DNA of 36,407 nucleotides from Verrucomicrobiota bacterium (GCA_039798785.1 JBDKFG010000051.1:1-36407), one strand, 5' to 3'. Positions 19,901 through 27,192 are shown, counted from the first letter of the stretch. The notes: generated by a model from the sequence alone, not told the origin. Numbers and translations are program-made.

Positions 19901-20979
19901 GTACGGCCGGTGGACAGACTTACGAATGGAACGCGGCCATCACCAGTCTCACTGGTGGAGCCGGCGCCGATGTCCTTAAAGGCACGGCCGGAGTCGACAC
20001 GATTGACTTCGCCAAGCTAAGTGGAATTGAGACCATCAACGGTCTTGGTGGCGTCGACATCCTGTCGATCGCTGGCGCGACCTCCCTCGCGGGGATCACT
20101 CTCACGAACGTCGAAACCATTGACTCTAGCGCCGCTGCGGTTTTGACCTTGGCTTCTGTCCCCACTGGCGTCAGCACCATCGACCTCACCACTGGTTCCA
20201 GTGACCTGACTCTCAGTGCTGCGGCATCCTATGACTTCAGTAATATTGACCTTGTCGGTGTCGATGATCTCACCGCCGCCGCCGGATCCACTGTCACGGT
20301 CAAGAACCTGAGCAGTGCAGATGTGACTGAATTCATCGGCGGCGGCGCCTATGCCTTGATTCTGAGCGGCACAAGCAATCTCACTGGCGTTACCATTAGT
20401 GCCACGATCCCAACCATCACTGGTAGCACCGGTGCGGACATTATCACTCTCAATGACGATGGTCTCACCATCGATGCTGGCAACGGCGTTGATACCGTGA
20501 CTGGCGGCACAGGTGCTGATGTGATCACCGGCGGCGACGGCGCTGACAATCTCAGCGGCGGTGCTGGCACCGACACCCTCGATGGTGGCGGTGACGATAA
20601 TGATGCCGACTCGCTCTTCGGCGGTGCAGATGCCGACACGCTCAACTTCTACACCAGCGATCTCGTCGACAGCTTCGATGGCGGTGCTGATACAGATACC
20701 TTGGTCTTCAAGGAAGACGCCGGTACCAGCGGCACCGACTTCGATCTCTCGAGTATCAACATGAGTGCAATCGAAATTCTTGATACTCGCGGTGGCGGCC
20801 TTGATGTGTTCCTCGCCATCGACGGTGACGGCCTGGGCTCCTCTCTGACCGTTAATTGCAACGCCGGCGATGAAATCACGGTCACCGATGAAGGCGTCAC
20901 CACCACATATGACTCTGTTGCCGGTGACCAGGCGATCAGCATCTTTGGAGGCTTCACCATCACCATCGACTTCGCCTGA
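10954..20979 (+). CDS. Giant VCBS/Ig-like plus RTX Ca-binding repeat surface protein (3341 aa; adhesin or S-layer-like), probable type I secretion substrate
   Basis: VCBS-type repeats (YGxFxxxxxGxWTY...LxxGxxxxxxFxV...IxGxND), a cadherin/Big_9-like module (APVGVND...NDTDVD), many GGxGxDxL/I nonapeptides, no N-terminal signal peptide, rich in T/G/D/S; GAAAGG upstream. Confidence 0.93.
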   Translation: MPDVTSSFFEDNVLKISGTGGASVANKATGTYGALTVTAAGLWTYTPVPSKIASLAFGQTYTENITLDSKTFAFTIYGTNDEAKVGGTKTATVLEDTGSGTVVVSGALTVTDPDSGESAFRGILSGGNIVNSVSKTYGTFTFNADTKIWKYTYDTSDLQTLGAKDAPSEQIVIVTKDGSTSTVTVNIKGANDVATITGTVTSTLTEDADVTDGSTGANIVSMNAGVVDIAATAPKKGFLHASGDLNISGNDGTDNKFTAGVFSKTYGIFAIDEDGNWTYDAANNSSAIQALTDGSTKVESIVVKSKDGLNSTTVSITIKGASNTTAGGSGVATESNTGKDSAISGTLTVLDNGAALSVANRPSDVTVADHGSTAATSGGASGAYGLFTYTASTNKWTYTLNSSLTAIDNLKANETLTDTLTISGKDVIVVIKGADDLAQFTGGLTGSITENGATSSAGILQATGSLDASFNYTPTNPIHDDNATEFLAATTSKTNGIFSVDSAGTWTYKSLANNPNLQKLAAGATLTESFVVKTADGKASTTVTLTLNGSNTVSEGAAGTVTESNTATTTTISGVLSVLDTGIALESSARPSDLTTANTAASTSGGSSGSYGLFTYTASTNKWTYALTNALVTQLAANETVIDSLVLGTGEIVDVVIKGVNDVATVSAIVPVTGATALGSDTTTAAILVTLTEDNSSDITGGNLKATGKLTATDVDTGEAAFIAQTVSDSVGVFTLESDGDWTYIASNTNATIQKLTSATTSLLTRNYTAKTVDGVTKAIGIKILGASNNTFAYDAVTLDADITNTVSGQLKNLDGTISVTPGAYSHAVTTHGKLVIGADGKFVYHLADTNFTTGDTETVTVTVGSTTTDVIITLTKSDLPNVVTGNTSGSLTLEADGSTALVTGDLNAVDPDDASSENFDTNAYASPSYGTVTILANGNWSYQVDDANSTLKALTSAQSLTDTFIVQTDGSGTEGSTTVSIVITGKKDAPVGVNDANSCEEDASITSSVSVVANDTDVDSGQQATLSVAFAKKSGGVASAVSSAGTAITGLYGTLTIKSNGTYTYKADLPASDLLATAATGNDVFVYTVKDADGETHTANLTITVTGKEDGSAVEATSGDDTITATANDETIDGLAGDDVINGGDGADTLSGSAGNDEIDGQDGNDIIKGGDGADTLTGGNGNDSVDGEAGADTISDAAGTNTLKGGAGNDIITGGTGADTIEGGADNDYIAGGAGADSLKGEAGDDLLVYGSGDTLVDGGSGTDTLRILGSTTVDMTTVFANIERVEGKSSDVDPEAATNNAQTLLVNSTVLTSVVYIDLGAGTDELQVSGTVTLASTTLVGVDTIQGLGSDDTVTGTANADTIKGGAGDDTIDGGAGIDTLLGEAGDDTFIWSASNDTITGGETSEDGGGDVLKASGTVDISGATITEVEKLLGVATLTDVITIKGSEGFTAIDLGTATGTASDTVIFNVNALDLTGVTLTGVEAIKSVVTANAADTLTLAGSTTLDTLKSIDLGSNTDTLKISGSVDLSAITLTGVETLNGDGAVANEVVTLTVSSTNSSLGSLTTLNLGGGTADELKVQGTLSLSGATVSNIEKLTGSTAADTITIKGTEGFTTIDLDDGADTLVVTAATVTFAGVTLTDVELIKGNGTVQTITGSAGNDTFEVTTNVTIDGGTAGTDVVKGTSGDDFIYLDKITNVDTIDALDATGDDDVLIVGSSSSLTGVTISNFEKIEGTSGNDNFTIDATAFGVITGGGITSIDLKAGTNTVIVSGTTAVDFSSFTFSNVSAIQGNTAANTITGTSGADVIKGGDGDDILFWDADDTFDGENNNDTVKGSADADTIALANISNVETIDGLGNGSDVLVVSGAATLAAITLANIESIEGLSGADSLTIGTVAALGAVASIDLKAGANKLLVTGTVDLSAITLAATGGTLTVEGTAGVETITVGNAGHTIDGKGGADVLTGGTGNDSFYWYASTTINGTSGTDSVLGTTGNDTIVLASLSNIDTINGLGSGDTDKVTVSGTATLAGITLSNVESVEGSASADTLTLNTIAALGGASIDLLAGANTVIVTADAVFTSVTVSATGGTVSLQASAAGVDITGTAGDDTFVGSSGANILIGGAGNDTFTWDSADTFDGGANADTLNGTAADDTFALEKISNIETIVSGGGTDTISFAGAASLSGITLTGFGTTLNLSGSGSDDTLTLNTAAFGGFTTVNIAGGAHSTGDVIDLVGNLNLSNYNISQFEKITGTDNGTHVITLGVSGANSTFGNFTHVTLGSDNADELVVQGTLDMSGKTISGVEKLTGSSSDDALTIKGSEGFTTIALGAGVNTLIIADDAASLATAATFTGVTLVQFENDVDTFTGSNTSTTYEWNANLVTLTAGSGGADTVVGTTGDDTIDLSKLVNVETVDGKEGTGDAIVIDGTISATLSNFEVMTGGANADTVTLTAAQLLAFTSIDLNNGTDKIIASGAGTFNLSNVVDVEQIEGTAAQQTILIGTSVGYTIDGKGGSDTITGGAGNDTITYYVGDIVDGGNGSDTLLVSGTATVTLTGTSNIETVQGNAEDNIITGGATADTLKGGAGADTLSGAGGNDSLFGEAGNDIFVYSTGDDYDGGSDTDTLQITAGGFTTLASSTLNDVENISVANTAAVAVETLVIVDANLDDVTLVHLGAGADTLQIIGNVDLSGLTLSGAETILGTSADNVLTIKDANLNDVTSIDLGTDSTDDILRISGSVDLATTTLTGVEIVNGDGTTSNEVLTLRVNTDSVLDSITTIDLGNGTTDELVVSGTVDLSSATINNVEILRGSGSADVITVDDSSDNFTTIDLGGGTDELIFSGSLDLSVKTLIDTETLTGDGNANVLTLSVVAGNSTLGSITDVDLLGGTDELVVQGVVSLTAADFVLVEELSGGATDDVVTVKIADITATNFTAIDLDTGTDILVVDGANGAVDLSTGSRTIAGAELIRFVNVTASAITGTAGGQTYEWNAAITSLTGGAGADVLKGTAGVDTIDFAKLSGIETINGLGGVDILSIAGATSLAGITLTNVETIDSSAAAVLTLASVPTGVSTIDLTTGSSDLTLSAAASYDFSNIDLVGVDDLTAAAGSTVTVKNLSSADVTEFIGGGAYALILSGTSNLTGVTISATIPTITGSTGADIITLNDDGLTIDAGNGVDTVTGGTGADVITGGDGADNLSGGAGTDTLDGGGDDNDADSLFGGADADTLNFYTSDLVDSFDGGADTDTLVFKEDAGTSGTDFDLSSINMSAIEILDTRGGGLDVFLAIDGDGLGSSLTVNCNAGDEITVTDEGVTTTYDSVAGDQAISIFGGFTITIDFA

Positions 20980-20997
20980 TCTGCATCAAAGCACAAT

Positions 20998-21028
20998 CCC
21001 CGGCCAGCACTTGCTGGCCGGGGTTTTT
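20998..21028 (+). terminator. Rho-independent terminator after the giant gene
   Basis: CCCCGGCCAGCA-CT-TGCTGGCCGGGG followed by TTTTT; lies between convergent genes. Confidence 0.85.
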
Positions 21029-21105
21029 CATGGATTGATGCAGGTAAGCAGCAAAAAACGGGATCCCGAGCACGAGCATGATCCCTTTTCCAGTCCGATG
21101 CTAGT

Positions 21106-22455
21106 TCAGACCGCCTTTGAGAAGCTCCTGATCCCCGACTGGTAATGGGCATCGAAGCAGGCGGCGATGTTGCGGACGAAAAGCTGGCCTGCTGCGGTCA
21201 CAGCGACTTCCTGGGGCGTGTCGATGGCCAGGTCGTTGAGGAGGAACCAGGATAGGGATTCCCGGTCGGCGGCGAAATGCCGGTCAAAGTCGAGTCCGGA
21301 CTCTTTTTTAAAGGCGGCTTTGTCGATTCGCCCCTGGCACATCAGGTCGTGGATGACGACTTGGCGCAGGCGGTCTTCGTCGCTGGAGACGCAGCCGTGG
21401 AAATCGGCGCTTTCCGGCGCGGCGGAGAAGCTCTGGTATTCGTCGATCTCGCGGGGGTTCTGCCAGAAGATGCCGTCCGCCTCGGAGATCGAGGAGACGC
21501 CGAGGCCGAGGCAGGCGCGGGTGCTTTGGGCGGTGTAGCCCATGAAGGTGCGGTTGAGTCGGCCCTCTTGTCGGGCCCGCGCCAGTTCGTCGGCGGGCAG
21601 GGCGAAGTGGTCCATGCCGACAGCCTCGTATCCGGCGGCGAGGAAGGCTTCGCGGGCGGCGAGGAAGATCTCCAGCTTCTCCTCTGTGCTCGGCATGTCG
21701 GAATCTTTGATCAGCTTCATGTGGGGGCGTTGCGCTGGCAGATGGGCGTAGGAGAAGAGGGCGACGCGCTCAGGTCGGAGGCTGAGAGCCTTGCTCACGG
21801 TGTCGGCAAAGGTCGCGGCGCTTTGTTTCGGCAGGCCGTAGATAAGGTCGAAGTTGAGGGAGTCGAAACCGAGCTGGCGGATGCGGGCGCACAAGCCGGA
21901 GACGAGCTCGAAGGGCTGGATCCGGTGGATCGCCTCTTGCACCTGGGGATCGAAGTCCTGGATGCCGAGGCTGAGGCGGCGGCATCCGAGCTCGCGCAGG
22001 GTTTCGAGCTGGCCTTCCTTGACGGTGCGGGGGTCGAGCTCGACCGCGAAGGGGATGTCGAGGGGCGCGTCGAAGAGGCGGCGGCAGAAGCCGTCGAGGC
22101 GGCGCATCTGTTCGGGAGTGAGGAAGTTGGGGGTGCCGCCGCCCCAATGGATCTCGGCGAGGCGCAGGCCTGGCGCTGCGCGGCTCCAGGCCTCGGCTTC
22201 GGCTTCGAGCTGGTCGAGGTAGGCGTCGGCGGCGGAGGACTGTTTGCGGATGACGGTGTTGCAGCCGCAGTACCAGCATAGCGACTGGCAGAAAGGGATG
22301 TGGACGTAGAGGGCGGCGGACTCGCCTTTAGCGGCGAGGGCGGCGAGAGGACGGCTGGCTTCGGCGAAACTGACACGGCTTTTCCATGCCGGCACGGTGG
22401 GGTAGGAGGTGTAGCGCGGCACCGGGATGTTCAGTCTTTTCAGCAGGTGGTTCAT
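21106..22455 (-). CDS. hemN: Oxygen-independent coproporphyrinogen III oxidase (radical SAM)
   Basis: PRYTSYPT (marks true HemN rather than HemW), LYVHIPFCxxxCxxCGC, HWGGGTP, DLIYGLP, GMDHFALP, RxFMGY. Confidence 0.95.
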   Translation of the reverse strand: MNHLLKRLNIPVPRYTSYPTVPAWKSRVSFAEASRPLAALAAKGESAALYVHIPFCQSLCWYCGCNTVIRKQSSAADAYLDQLEAEAEAWSRAAPGLRLAEIHWGGGTPNFLTPEQMRRLDGFCRRLFDAPLDIPFAVELDPRTVKEGQLETLRELGCRRLSLGIQDFDPQVQEAIHRIQPFELVSGLCARIRQLGFDSLNFDLIYGLPKQSAATFADTVSKALSLRPERVALFSYAHLPAQRPHMKLIKDSDMPSTEEKLEIFLAAREAFLAAGYEAVGMDHFALPADELARARQEGRLNRTFMGYTAQSTRACLGLGVSSISEADGIFWQNPREIDEYQSFSAAPESADFHGCVSSDEDRLRQVVIHDLMCQGRIDKAAFKKESGLDFDRHFAADRESLSWFLLNDLAIDTPQEVAVTAAGQLFVRNIAACFDAHYQSGIRSFSKAV

Positions 22456-22482
22456 GGCGTCCTCGGGAGTTGTCAGGAAAGA

Positions 22483-22508
22483 TCCGGGGGCGGCAGGCCG
22501 CCCCCGGA
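22483..22508 (-). terminator. GC-rich hairpin between the beta-barrel gene and hemN (weak terminator or mRNA-stabilising stem)
   Basis: Perfect inverted repeat TCCGGGGGCGGC-AG-GCCGCCCCCGGA; followed on the minus strand only by TCTTTCC. Confidence 0.6.
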
Positions 22509-22513
22509 GGCAG

Positions 22514-23473
22514 TCAGAACTTGTAGATGAAGTCGATGGTGTGGCGGTCGGCGAAGATGCCCTCGTCCTTCTGGCTGAGGGGGGCCTGCCAGATGTAGCC
22601 CATGCTCAGGTTTTCGGTGAGCTTGTAGCGGAAGCCGAAGCCGATGTCGAAGTAATTCTGGCCTTGGCTGTCGGAGGTGCCGAGCGAGGCGAGGTCGGCG
22701 CCTTCGATGTTGGAGGAGACGGCGTCGACGGGAACGTTCTTGACTCCGAGAGCGCCGGCGGTGGCCTTGTCGAGAGTCAGGCTGCTGTTGGAGCCGTTGC
22801 CAGAACGCAGGACGTGGTGCCAGTTGAGCTCGATGAGAGGGAAGAAGCTGTCAGTGACGGCGTAGTCGAAGTGCAGGCTGGCGTCGTTCCAAGTCGCTTC
22901 GTCGCTCGGAGCGAAGGGGATGCGCAGGCCGTCGTAGGCGAGGATGTGGAAGCGGCCGAAGGCTTTGCCGTAGCTGAGGAAGGGGTTGAGGTTGCCGTCG
23001 CCGCTTTCTTGCAGCAAGGCGTTTTCGCCGGTGGGGACTTCGACGCGAAGGCCGGCGCTGAGGATCTGGGCGCTTTCCTCGTCACGGAAAAGAGTTCCTT
23101 TGAAGCCTGCGGCGAGGTTGGCGAAGCCTTCTTCGTGGTCGAGGGTGTGGTCGGGATTGAGGAATCCGTAGCCGTCCTTGGTGGCGATGAAAGAGAAGTC
23201 TTCGTTGAAGGCATAGCGGAGCTGGGCGGCAAAGAGATCGAGGTGCCCGCCAAGTTTGAGCTTGCCGAGCTTGGTGTCGATGCTGTCGTGGAGGCGTTGG
23301 TGGATGAAGATCGGGCGGATTTCGGTCGAATTCAGGGGGGACTCGAATAGGGTCGGCGAGGAGACTGGATCGACGAAGCCGGACCAGATGTCCGATTTGG
23401 GGGACGCATCCTTTTCCTGGGCGGTGGCGCCGATGGCGAGCAGAAGAGCGGCTGAGGTGCAGATCAGTTTCAT
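22514..23473 (-). CDS. Exported protein, probable outer-membrane beta-barrel channel
   Basis: Signal peptide MKLICTSAALLLAIGATA, alternating amphipathic strands (FDIGFGFRYKL), C-terminal Phe (IDFIYKF); GAAGGA upstream of ATG 23473. Confidence 0.75.
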   Translation of the reverse strand: MKLICTSAALLLAIGATAQEKDASPKSDIWSGFVDPVSSPTLFESPLNSTEIRPIFIHQRLHDSIDTKLGKLKLGGHLDLFAAQLRYAFNEDFSFIATKDGYGFLNPDHTLDHEEGFANLAAGFKGTLFRDEESAQILSAGLRVEVPTGENALLQESGDGNLNPFLSYGKAFGRFHILAYDGLRIPFAPSDEATWNDASLHFDYAVTDSFFPLIELNWHHVLRSGNGSNSSLTLDKATAGALGVKNVPVDAVSSNIEGADLASLGTSDSQGQNYFDIGFGFRYKLTENLSMGYIWQAPLSQKDEGIFADRHTIDFIYKF

Positions 23474-23701
23474 GGCGATTTCCTTCGTTCTCTGATTACC
23501 GGGCTGAGGATCAGACCCGCAAGATGCCTTAGCAAAATCCCCTTGTCGCAAGCCTGTAAGTAGTTGCAAAATATTTATTTCAAGTTATTTATGAAATTAA
23601 AAAGGTTGAAATCCATCCGCTTTCGTAAGCTTTGGAGAAAGAGCTCGATAAAGTTCGGGAAGGCCTTGTCAAGGGACGAGAAAAAAGCAATTTGGGAGAC
23701 C

Positions 23702-24322
23702 ATGAATAAATCCCCTAGCATCACTCTGGCCGGAGAGAGTTCCGTCCCCCTCGTTCTCGGGCGCTGGACTGCCGGGCTCCCCGTCTTGGCGGCCCACGTC
23801 GCCGGGCTGCCTGCCGGCAGTCTGCTGGCTTTCGGGCGGCAGCTTTGGTCACTGATCAGCAACGGCCAGATGCCTCCGGGGCTCTTCGATCTGCGCGAGA
23901 ACACCGGACTCAAACTTTTGGCAGAGGATCTGCTGATGCCGGCGGCAGAAGCCCTGAGCGGAGACATCCTGGTCTTCGACGCCGTCGCATGCGGCCGCAG
24001 CGTCGGGATCTCAGATGAAGAGCCTGACTTCGAAGGTTCCTCCTATCTTCTCGTGCTCAAGGGCGCGATCCTTCCCACGCTGATCCCGCCTCCTGGAGTC
24101 GAGTCGCGCCTAGCAAGAGGCGGAGCTGCTGCGGTGCAGCTCTTCCTTAGCGCCGACTTCATTGCGTTGGAAGACCTGGCCGACGAGGCTTCGCGGTGCC
24201 TTGGCGGGCTTGAGGCCGCCTTGTTCTTCGTGCCTTCCCAAGGTCTGAGTCGCCAGCTCAGCGAGAAATTGCGCGACAAGGAGCGCATCCGCGATCCCTT
24301 CGCCGACATCCGCAGCTGCTAA
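23702..24322 (+). CDS. Hypothetical protein, remote and degenerate DyP-type peroxidase (YfeX-like) homolog
   Basis: Colinear resemblance to DyP blocks as I recall them: LAFGRQLW, GISDEEP (cf. GFxDGxENP), EGSSYLLV (cf. GGSY), ALFFVPS (cf. GxYYFAPS). Start set at ATG 23702 after GGGAG. Confidence 0.6.
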   Translation: MNKSPSITLAGESSVPLVLGRWTAGLPVLAAHVAGLPAGSLLAFGRQLWSLISNGQMPPGLFDLRENTGLKLLAEDLLMPAAEALSGDILVFDAVACGRSVGISDEEPDFEGSSYLLVLKGAILPTLIPPPGVESRLARGGAAAVQLFLSADFIALEDLADEASRCLGGLEAALFFVPSQGLSRQLSEKLRDKERIRDPFADIRSC

Positions 24323-24335
24323 GGAGTCCTAAGCT

Positions 24336-24893
24336 ATGGTCTGGCAAGAAATCTTCATGATTCGTCGCGGCGGCCACCCGGTGCCGAAATTCGCCATGCC
24401 GGAGCCTTTCACCCTGCGCAACTACCGCGTCGGCGATGAGGAAAACTGGTTTCGCATCTACAAGGCTGCAGATAAATACAATCGGATATCATCCAGCATG
24501 TTCCGTGAGTATTTCGGGGCCGACCAGGAACTTCTGGCTCGGCGCCAGTTTTATCTCTGCGATGCCACGGGCGAGGCCATCGGCACTGCTTCGGCCTGGC
24601 TCAACCCCAATTATCACGGCGAGGCGCTTGGGCGAGTCCACTGGGTTGCGGTCCTGCCGCAATATCAGGGGCGGGGCCTGTCCAAGCCCCTGATTTCAGC
24701 CGTCTGCCAACGCCTTCTCGATTGCGGGCATCAAGACTCTTACCTGCGGACCATATCCGTGCGCATCCCGGCGATCCGTCTCTACCTCGGCTTCGGTTTC
24801 CTCCCCGATGTGCGCAATTCGCATGACGCGGAGATCTGGAAGGGCATCGCCACCCACATTCCCGATCTCGAACTTCTCGATCCCTGGCGCTGA
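24336..24893 (+). CDS. GNAT-family N-acetyltransferase
   Basis: Motif A VAVLPQYQGRGLS and motif B AIRLYLGFGF; AAGGAG RBS overlapping the upstream stop. Confidence 0.9.
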   Translation: MVWQEIFMIRRGGHPVPKFAMPEPFTLRNYRVGDEENWFRIYKAADKYNRISSSMFREYFGADQELLARRQFYLCDATGEAIGTASAWLNPNYHGEALGRVHWVAVLPQYQGRGLSKPLISAVCQRLLDCGHQDSYLRTISVRIPAIRLYLGFGFLPDVRNSHDAEIWKGIATHIPDLELLDPWR

Positions 24894-24951
24894 AAGGCGG
24901 CGGCAAAGCCCTTCGCTTCAGGTCGAATTGAGAAAAGCTTGCAAAAAATAC

Positions 24952-24981
24952 TTGCATTTTGCCCGGGCTTAGGGCTATCAT
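24952..24981 (+). promoter_or_regulatory. Putative sigma70 promoter of the TonB-dependent receptor gene
   Basis: TTGCAT-N18-TATCAT, about 40 bp upstream of ATG 25020. Confidence 0.4.
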
Positions 24982-25019
24982 TGGGCACGAGGGAATTTCC
25001 CCGAGCCGGAGCCAACGCC

Positions 25020-27173
25020 ATGAGATTGCTGCCCTTTCTTCTCCCCGCTCTTCTCGGACTCAGCACCCAGGCTGCCGAAAAGACTGAGCGCAGCGACATT
25101 TCGCTTGAAGAGCTAGGCAACCTGACCCTTGCCTCCTCCTCGACGCTGACCGGTATCGAGCAACGCAGATTGCCGGCCTTGACCACCCGGATCGACCGCG
25201 AGATGATCAGTCGCTGTGGCGCCCGCGATCTTCTTGAGCTTCTCGATATCTACGTGCCGGGCTTCCAGATGAACCGCCACCCCAACCGCAACAAGCTCTG
25301 GGGGACCCGCGGCGTCGACAGCGCCGTCAAGTATGTCATCCTGCTGAACGGCCGCAAGATGAACGACAACTGGCTCCACGGCGCCATCTCCGAAACCCTC
25401 TTCCCGATGCTCGGCGACATCGAGTCGGTCGAATTTGTCAACGGTCCCGGCTCGGCCCTTTACGGATCCGGTGCCATCGGCGGCGTCATCAATGTCATCA
25501 CCCGCGATGCCAGCGACTTCCTCGGTGACAAGGAACAAGCCGGCTTCCTCCGCCTGTCGCAAGGATTCATCAATCAGAGCCGCTGGGTCGAAACCTACTA
25601 CGCCCGCAAACTCAACGAGAAGATGACTCTCAGCCTCTACGCCGGCCTGAATGACTTCGACGGCCTCAGCGAAAACGACTCCGACTTCCATGGCGCCTAC
25701 GGCTACAAAAACGCGGCACCCGGCGAGCGCTGGGACTACAGCCCCGACGCCAATAAGTTCAACGACCCCCTGCGGCAGAAATACGAGCTCCGCCTGGATG
25801 CTGAAGAATTCCAGTCCTGGGTCCGCTACACCCGCGCCATCGTCGGCTTCATGGACTTCTCCGGCGAATACAAGAACAATCCCGCACCCTTCGCCAAGAC
25901 CCCCCCCTACTTCGGCATTCACGAAGAGCAGTTCACCTGGCACAACGAGTACACACGAGAGCTCGACAACGACTTTACGCTGAAGCTTGAGGGCGGCTAC
26001 CAGTGGTACCGCACCACACAAGAAAACATCAAATACTTCCGCCCTCTTTGCGCTGATGCCCACCAAGTCTTTGGCCGAGTCACCTTGCTCAAGGACTTCG
26101 ATGAGAAAAACCACCTCGCCATCGGCACCGAAATCCTCCGCGAAAACTTCATCCCCTTCAAGACCAGCACCCGCAAACCCGTCACCAACCTTTCCGAAGC
26201 GCTCTTCGCCGAATATCAGTGGAACATTCATGAGGACCTGACCTTCTTCGCCGGCGGCCGCTACGACCACGACCGCTTCACTGAAGACGACGGCTACGGC
26301 GTCATCGGCAAATACAACGACTTCACCGGTGACGAGCACCGCCCCGGCTTCGATGTCGTCCCCCGCCTCGGCCTGGTTTGGACTCCGACTGATGAAGACA
26401 CCATCAAGCTCCTCTACAACCAGGCGATGCGAGACATCCAGTCCGAGCAGTTCGGGCGCAACGGAGTTCCCAGTAACCTCCCCATTCAAGGTAAGGGTGA
26501 AGACGAATTCACCGAGAACTACGAGCTGATCTACAGCCGCAGGCTCGACGAGAATTGGACCGCCACCCTCAATACCTACTACAACGAAGCGGAAAACCTC
26601 GGCAGCATCACCGGGGATCCGCGCCAATATGGCGTCATCGGCAAGAGCAGCGCCTGGGGTGCCGGAGCTTCGCTCGACTATCGCGCCGAAGGCCACTTCT
26701 TCGGGCTGTCGCACAACTACGACACCGTCACCGACTTCAATAGCTTCATTGCCAAATCAAACAACATCTTCGTCTTCGATCCCTACCCCAAGGGCGCCAA
26801 GCTCGAGTACTGGAACTGGAGCCCGCACAGCAGCAAGGTCTACGGCGGCTTCACCCTCAGCGATCACTTCAGCATCGACGGCAACCTCCAGGTTCGCTGG
26901 TATTATGAAGGGCTGGAGCAGGCCTACGAGCGCGACATCAAGAGCAAGGCCGGCGCCGGCTACGCCGACAACTTCAACGGCAACTTCGGCCCCAGCTACA
27001 ACCTCAACCTCGGAGCCACCTGGAAGTTCAACGACCAGCACTCCCTCCGTTTCGACGCCTACAATCTCATCGCCCTCATCGATCGCGATCACAACACTCT
27101 CCATACCTACAGCTACTTCGACTACTACACCATGCCCTTCTCCTTCGCCCTGACTTACGAATTCAAATTCTGA
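25020..27173 (+). CDS. TonB-dependent outer-membrane receptor
   Basis: Signal peptide; plug motifs [52 protein letters not shown]-terminal LTYEFKF. Ligand unknown. Confidence 0.93.
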   Translation: MRLLPFLLPALLGLSTQAAEKTERSDISLEELGNLTLASSSTLTGIEQRRLPALTTRIDREMISRCGARDLLELLDIYVPGFQMNRHPNRNKLWGTRGVDSAVKYVILLNGRKMNDNWLHGAISETLFPMLGDIESVEFVNGPGSALYGSGAIGGVINVITRDASDFLGDKEQAGFLRLSQGFINQSRWVETYYARKLNEKMTLSLYAGLNDFDGLSENDSDFHGAYGYKNAAPGERWDYSPDANKFNDPLRQKYELRLDAEEFQSWVRYTRAIVGFMDFSGEYKNNPAPFAKTPPYFGIHEEQFTWHNEYTRELDNDFTLKLEGGYQWYRTTQENIKYFRPLCADAHQVFGRVTLLKDFDEKNHLAIGTEILRENFIPFKTSTRKPVTNLSEALFAEYQWNIHEDLTFFAGGRYDHDRFTEDDGYGVIGKYNDFTGDEHRPGFDVVPRLGLVWTPTDEDTIKLLYNQAMRDIQSEQFGRNGVPSNLPIQGKGEDEFTENYELIYSRRLDENWTATLNTYYNEAENLGSITGDPRQYGVIGKSSAWGAGASLDYRAEGHFFGLSHNYDTVTDFNSFIAKSNNIFVFDPYPKGAKLEYWNWSPHSSKVYGGFTLSDHFSIDGNLQVRWYYEGLEQAYERDIKSKAGAGYADNFNGNFGPSYNLNLGATWKFNDQHSLRFDAYNLIALIDRDHNTLHTYSYFDYYTMPFSFALTYEFKF

Positions 27174-27192
27174 GCAGGAGCAGGCTGGTACG

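Noticed and set aside
23564..23701. N-terminal extensions given by the ORF track here and for the MCP, hemerythrin, kinase, barrel, TonB receptor, oxidoreductase and coaE ORFs
   Set aside because: They run through promoter, terminator or AT-rich intergenic DNA; downstream ATGs fit RBS, signal-peptide or domain boundaries better.
24894..25019. Cobalamin or TPP riboswitch ahead of the TonB receptor
   Set aside because: The predicted leader is too short and shows no recognisable riboswitch consensus.
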